Assembly (NCBI GenBank): GCA_013239625.1
Contig: MU054001.1
Coordinates: 747,884-811,883 of the forward strand
DNA length: 64,000 nt
Source of the DNA: Lama guanicoe
Lineage: Eukaryota
Direction of reading: 5' to 3'
Shown here: positions 63,590 to 64,000 of the stretch, piece after piece
Layout of the letters: the number at the start of each line of letters is the position of its first letter
How positions within the stretch are numbered: position 1 is the first letter of the stretch
The notes under the pieces: generated by a model
What the model was told of the DNA's origin: nothing
What the model saw: only the letters and a program-made list of their open reading frames with translations
Database searches by the model: none
Position numbers and translations under genes: made by a program

Positions 63590-63767
63590 TGATATATGTA
63601 TTATGTGTGTGTATGTGTGTCTGTATACACACACACACACGCATATATCCATGCACATACATATGTATGTATCCATACGATTTCTGTGTGTATATATATT
63701 TATACATGTATATGCATATATTACTAATGTATGTGCATATGTGTGTGTGTGTGTGTGTGAGTGTGTG
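63590..63767. repeat. Complex alternating purine-pyrimidine repeat (TG/CA/TATG)
   Basis: Directly visible. Confidence 0.92.
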
Positions 63768-64000
63768 GTTTTCTTTCTTTCTCTTTTTTTTTAAGAAGGG
63801 AGCAGTTCCTTAGTCTCTGAATAAAGATTTACCGAGTCCCTGCTCTGAGCCCAGCTAGGGTCAGTAATCAGGACGGGAAGCCACAGCCCCTGAGTGCATG
63901 TGGCTTGGCACATAACTGTGGTTGGGACAAGGGGCAGGTCCTGACATCGCCACACACCAGTGAGCCAAGTGAGGCCGGGCTCGTTCAACATCACAGCTCC

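Noticed and set aside
1..64000. ORF track as evidence of protein-coding genes or a novel multi-gene system
   Set aside because: All ORFs are 163 aa or shorter, overlap on both strands, and many lie in repeats or low-complexity sequence. The only recognisable protein sequence is decayed L1 ORF2.

Overview
This is non-coding eutherian mammalian DNA, either intronic or intergenic. I found no credible protein-coding gene, RNA gene, CRISPR array or prokaryotic-type system. The ORF track consists of short chance ORFs, many of them in repeats. Much of the window is old interspersed repeat (MIR, L2, L1M 3' ends, MER20 and other hAT MITEs, MaLR/ERVL LTRs) plus microsatellites. These alternate with several repeat-poor blocks rich in homeodomain-type motifs, which look like developmental enhancers. 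The younger L1 3' ends look cetartiodactyl-like, and I saw no Alu, B1, Can-SINE, Bov-tA, PRE-1 or CHR SINEs, which tentatively suggests a camelid. The most unusual directly visible features are three templated rearrangement scars: (1) a scrambled ~360 bp L1-derived insert without poly(A) between exact 18-bp direct repeats (51482-51877); (2) a 58-bp copy of sequence from 1754 bp downstream inserted into a MER20 (375-432); (3) an inverted template-switch scar at the equivalent position of another MER20 (41643-41666). Repeat family names come from my recall of consensus sequences, not from a database search, and repeat boundaries are approximate. I did not find a convincing new biological system.
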